DNA of 64,000 bases from Tricharina praecox (taxonomy: Eukaryota), in contig NW_026250425.1 of the NCBI RefSeq assembly GCF_024521635.1, forward strand, positions 62,001 through 126,000. Reading direction: 5' to 3'. Shown one piece after another: positions 62,501-64,000 of the stretch (position 1 is the first letter of the stretch; each line of letters opens with the position of its first letter). Position numbers and translations under genes: made by a program. Below the pieces are notes generated by a model, which saw only the letters and a list, made by a program, of their open reading frames with translations, was not told the DNA's origin and did not search any database.

Positions 62501-64000
62501 ACAGTATTCTGGAGACTCGGCCGTTCGCCACACAAGATGAGAACAAGGAGGACGACGTCGCGAGAATAGTTGGGCTAGAGGACGCAGAGGAACTTCCTCT
62601 TCATCGCAGACTGAAGCGGCCGGAGTATGTCATGCTACCAGACAGCAGACCCGGTTCGCCAACGCAATTATCGCTGCCAACGGATTCTATTGCAATGACT
62701 CTCCCGTTCGCCACTCGAGATGAGAAGAAGGAGGACGACGTCGCCAGAATGGTTGGACTAGAAGATGCTGAGGAGCTTCCTCTTCATCTCAGGCTGCAAC
62801 GGCCGGAATACGTGATGCTCCCGGATAGAGCCCCTAGATCTCCTTACGAGCTCTCGGTGATGCCTTGGGATCTTCCATCGCTACCGGAGAGCACTCCTGG
62901 TTCGCCAGCGCAGTTACCACTTGCAGTGTCTCTCCCGTTCCCAACTCAAGATGAGAACACGGAGGACGATGTCGCGCGAATGGTTGGGCTAGAAGATGCT
63001 GAAGAGCTTCCTCTTCATCTCAGGTTGCAGCGGCCGGAGTATGTCATGCTCCCAGAAAGCAGGCCCGGTTCGCCCTACGAAGTTGAAGAGATCCAGCGGT
63101 CTCTGCCAGCTCTGGGTTTGCGTACCCAACTGCCGAAGTTACACGACAGCACTCTGGAGACTCGGCTATTCGCCACCCAAGATGAGAACAAGGAGGACAA
63201 TGTTGCTGGATTGGTCAGACTGGAGGATGCAGAAGAGCTTCCGCTTCATCTCAGGTTGCAACGGCCGGAATACGTGATGCTCCCGGATAGCAGACCCGGT
63301 TCGCCCTACGAACTCTCGGAAATGCCTTGGGATCTTCCATCGCTACCGGAGAGCGCGCCTGGTTCGCCAGCGCAGTCACCATTTGCAGTGTCTCTCCCGT
63401 TCGCCACCCAAGATGAGAAGGAGGAGGACGACGTCGCGAGAATAGTTGGGCTAGAGGACGCAGAGGAACTTCCTCTTCATCGCAGACTGCAGCGGCCGGA
63501 GTATGTCATGCTACCAGACAGCAGACCCGATTCGCCAACGCAATTATCGCGGCCAACGGATTCTATTGCAGTGTCTCTCTCGTCCGCCACTCAAGATGAG
63601 AAGAAGGAGGACGACGTCGCGAGAATGGTTGGGTTGGAGGACGCAGAGGAGCTCCCGCTTCATCTCAGGTTGCAACGGCCGGAATACGTGATGCTCCCGG
63701 ATAGCAGACCCGGTTCGCCCTACGAACTCTCGGAAATGCCTTGGGATCTTCCATCGCTACCGGAGAGCGCGCCTGGTTCGCCAGCGCAGTCACCATTTGC
63801 AGTGTCTCTCCCGTTCGCCACCCAAGATGAGAAGGAGGAGGACGACGTCGCGAGAATGGTTGGGTTGGAGGACGCAGAGGAGCTTCCTCCTCACCTCAGG
63901 CTGCAACGGCCGGAATACGTGATGCTCCCGGATAGCAACCCTGGATCGCCCTACGAAATGCCAGAACTTCCTTGGTATCTACCTGCTCTACCAAAGAGCG
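44516..64000 (+). CDS. Giant low-complexity repeat protein (over 6,300 aa, 3' end outside window), function unknown
   Basis: Phase-compatible introns join the separate ORFs: 47264-47553 (GTATGT...CTTAC...CAG), 51344-51391 (GTATAA...CTGAC...CAG), 56555-56611 (GTGAGT...CTTAC...TAG, in frame), 60634-60739/42 (GTATCC...GCTAAC...GAG) and 61071-61123 (GTGTGT...CTTAC...TAG). The last exon stays open in frame 1 to the window end. The start codon is uncertain. Confidence 0.78.
51940..55720 (+). repeat. Coding repeat block I (Q-rich): SPVSTAFDARxLLQRYDSQ x9 and QQLQRQDGQWTQ x10
   Basis: Counted in the translated ORF; several nucleotide copies are near-identical. Confidence 0.95.
56400..58940 (+). repeat. 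Coding repeat block II: TGGYISQPATP.E.WTSGGYLAN x8 interleaved with SSQPAVxEW motifs
   Basis: Counted in the translated ORF. Confidence 0.92.
61370..64000 (+). repeat. Coding repeat block III: EELPLHLRLQRPEYVMLPDSRPGSP, at least 13 copies, 183/231-bp units in the distal part
   Basis: Frame-1 translation by hand; PEY anchors at 62389, 62620, 62803, 63034, 63265, 63496, 63679 and 63910, plus five more diverged copies from about 61396. Confidence 0.92.

Noticed and set aside
61370..64000. LHLRL in repeat block III as a ubiquitin-like tail
   Set aside because: It resembles LHLVLRL only superficially and lacks the di-Gly, so it is not counted among the LRGG motifs.
44516..64000. Naming the giant gene leashin (lah)
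   Set aside because: Size and disorder fit, but I cannot identify diagnostic Leashin terminal domains, and the C-terminus is outside the window.

Overview
Intron-containing fungal genomic DNA with GT-AG introns and CTRAC/CTTAC branch points. It looks like a filamentous ascomycete, possibly Pezizomycetes (inference only). From left to right: (1) three co-oriented paralogues of an uncharacterised fungal multi-pass membrane protein family; the first runs off the window and the third is a pseudogene. A hAT-like non-autonomous transposon and a degenerate tRNA-like element lie between copies 1 and 2. (2) A small spliced gene with one in-frame TAG. (3) A secreted GH18 class III chitinase. (4) An HST2/SIRT2-type sirtuin with a LINE/RNase H relic at its promoter. 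(5) An orphan hydrophobic protein. (6) A Glu-His type (MeaA/Mep1-like) ammonium transporter. (7) A long gene-poor stretch that ends in a compound satellite containing duplicated copies of the 3' end of an atypical Hsp70-family gene, then that gene. (8) From about 44.5 kb to beyond the window end, what reconstructs as one giant spliced gene (over 6,300 aa, low complexity, three distinct internal repeat blocks). The most striking observation is in this giant protein. It carries three LGLRGG motifs and one KLRGG that mimic the ubiquitin C-terminus, use different codons and sit at acidic/basic junctions. This suggests a polyprotein cut by deubiquitinases (hypothesis). All gene models and alignments were read by eye; no searches were run.
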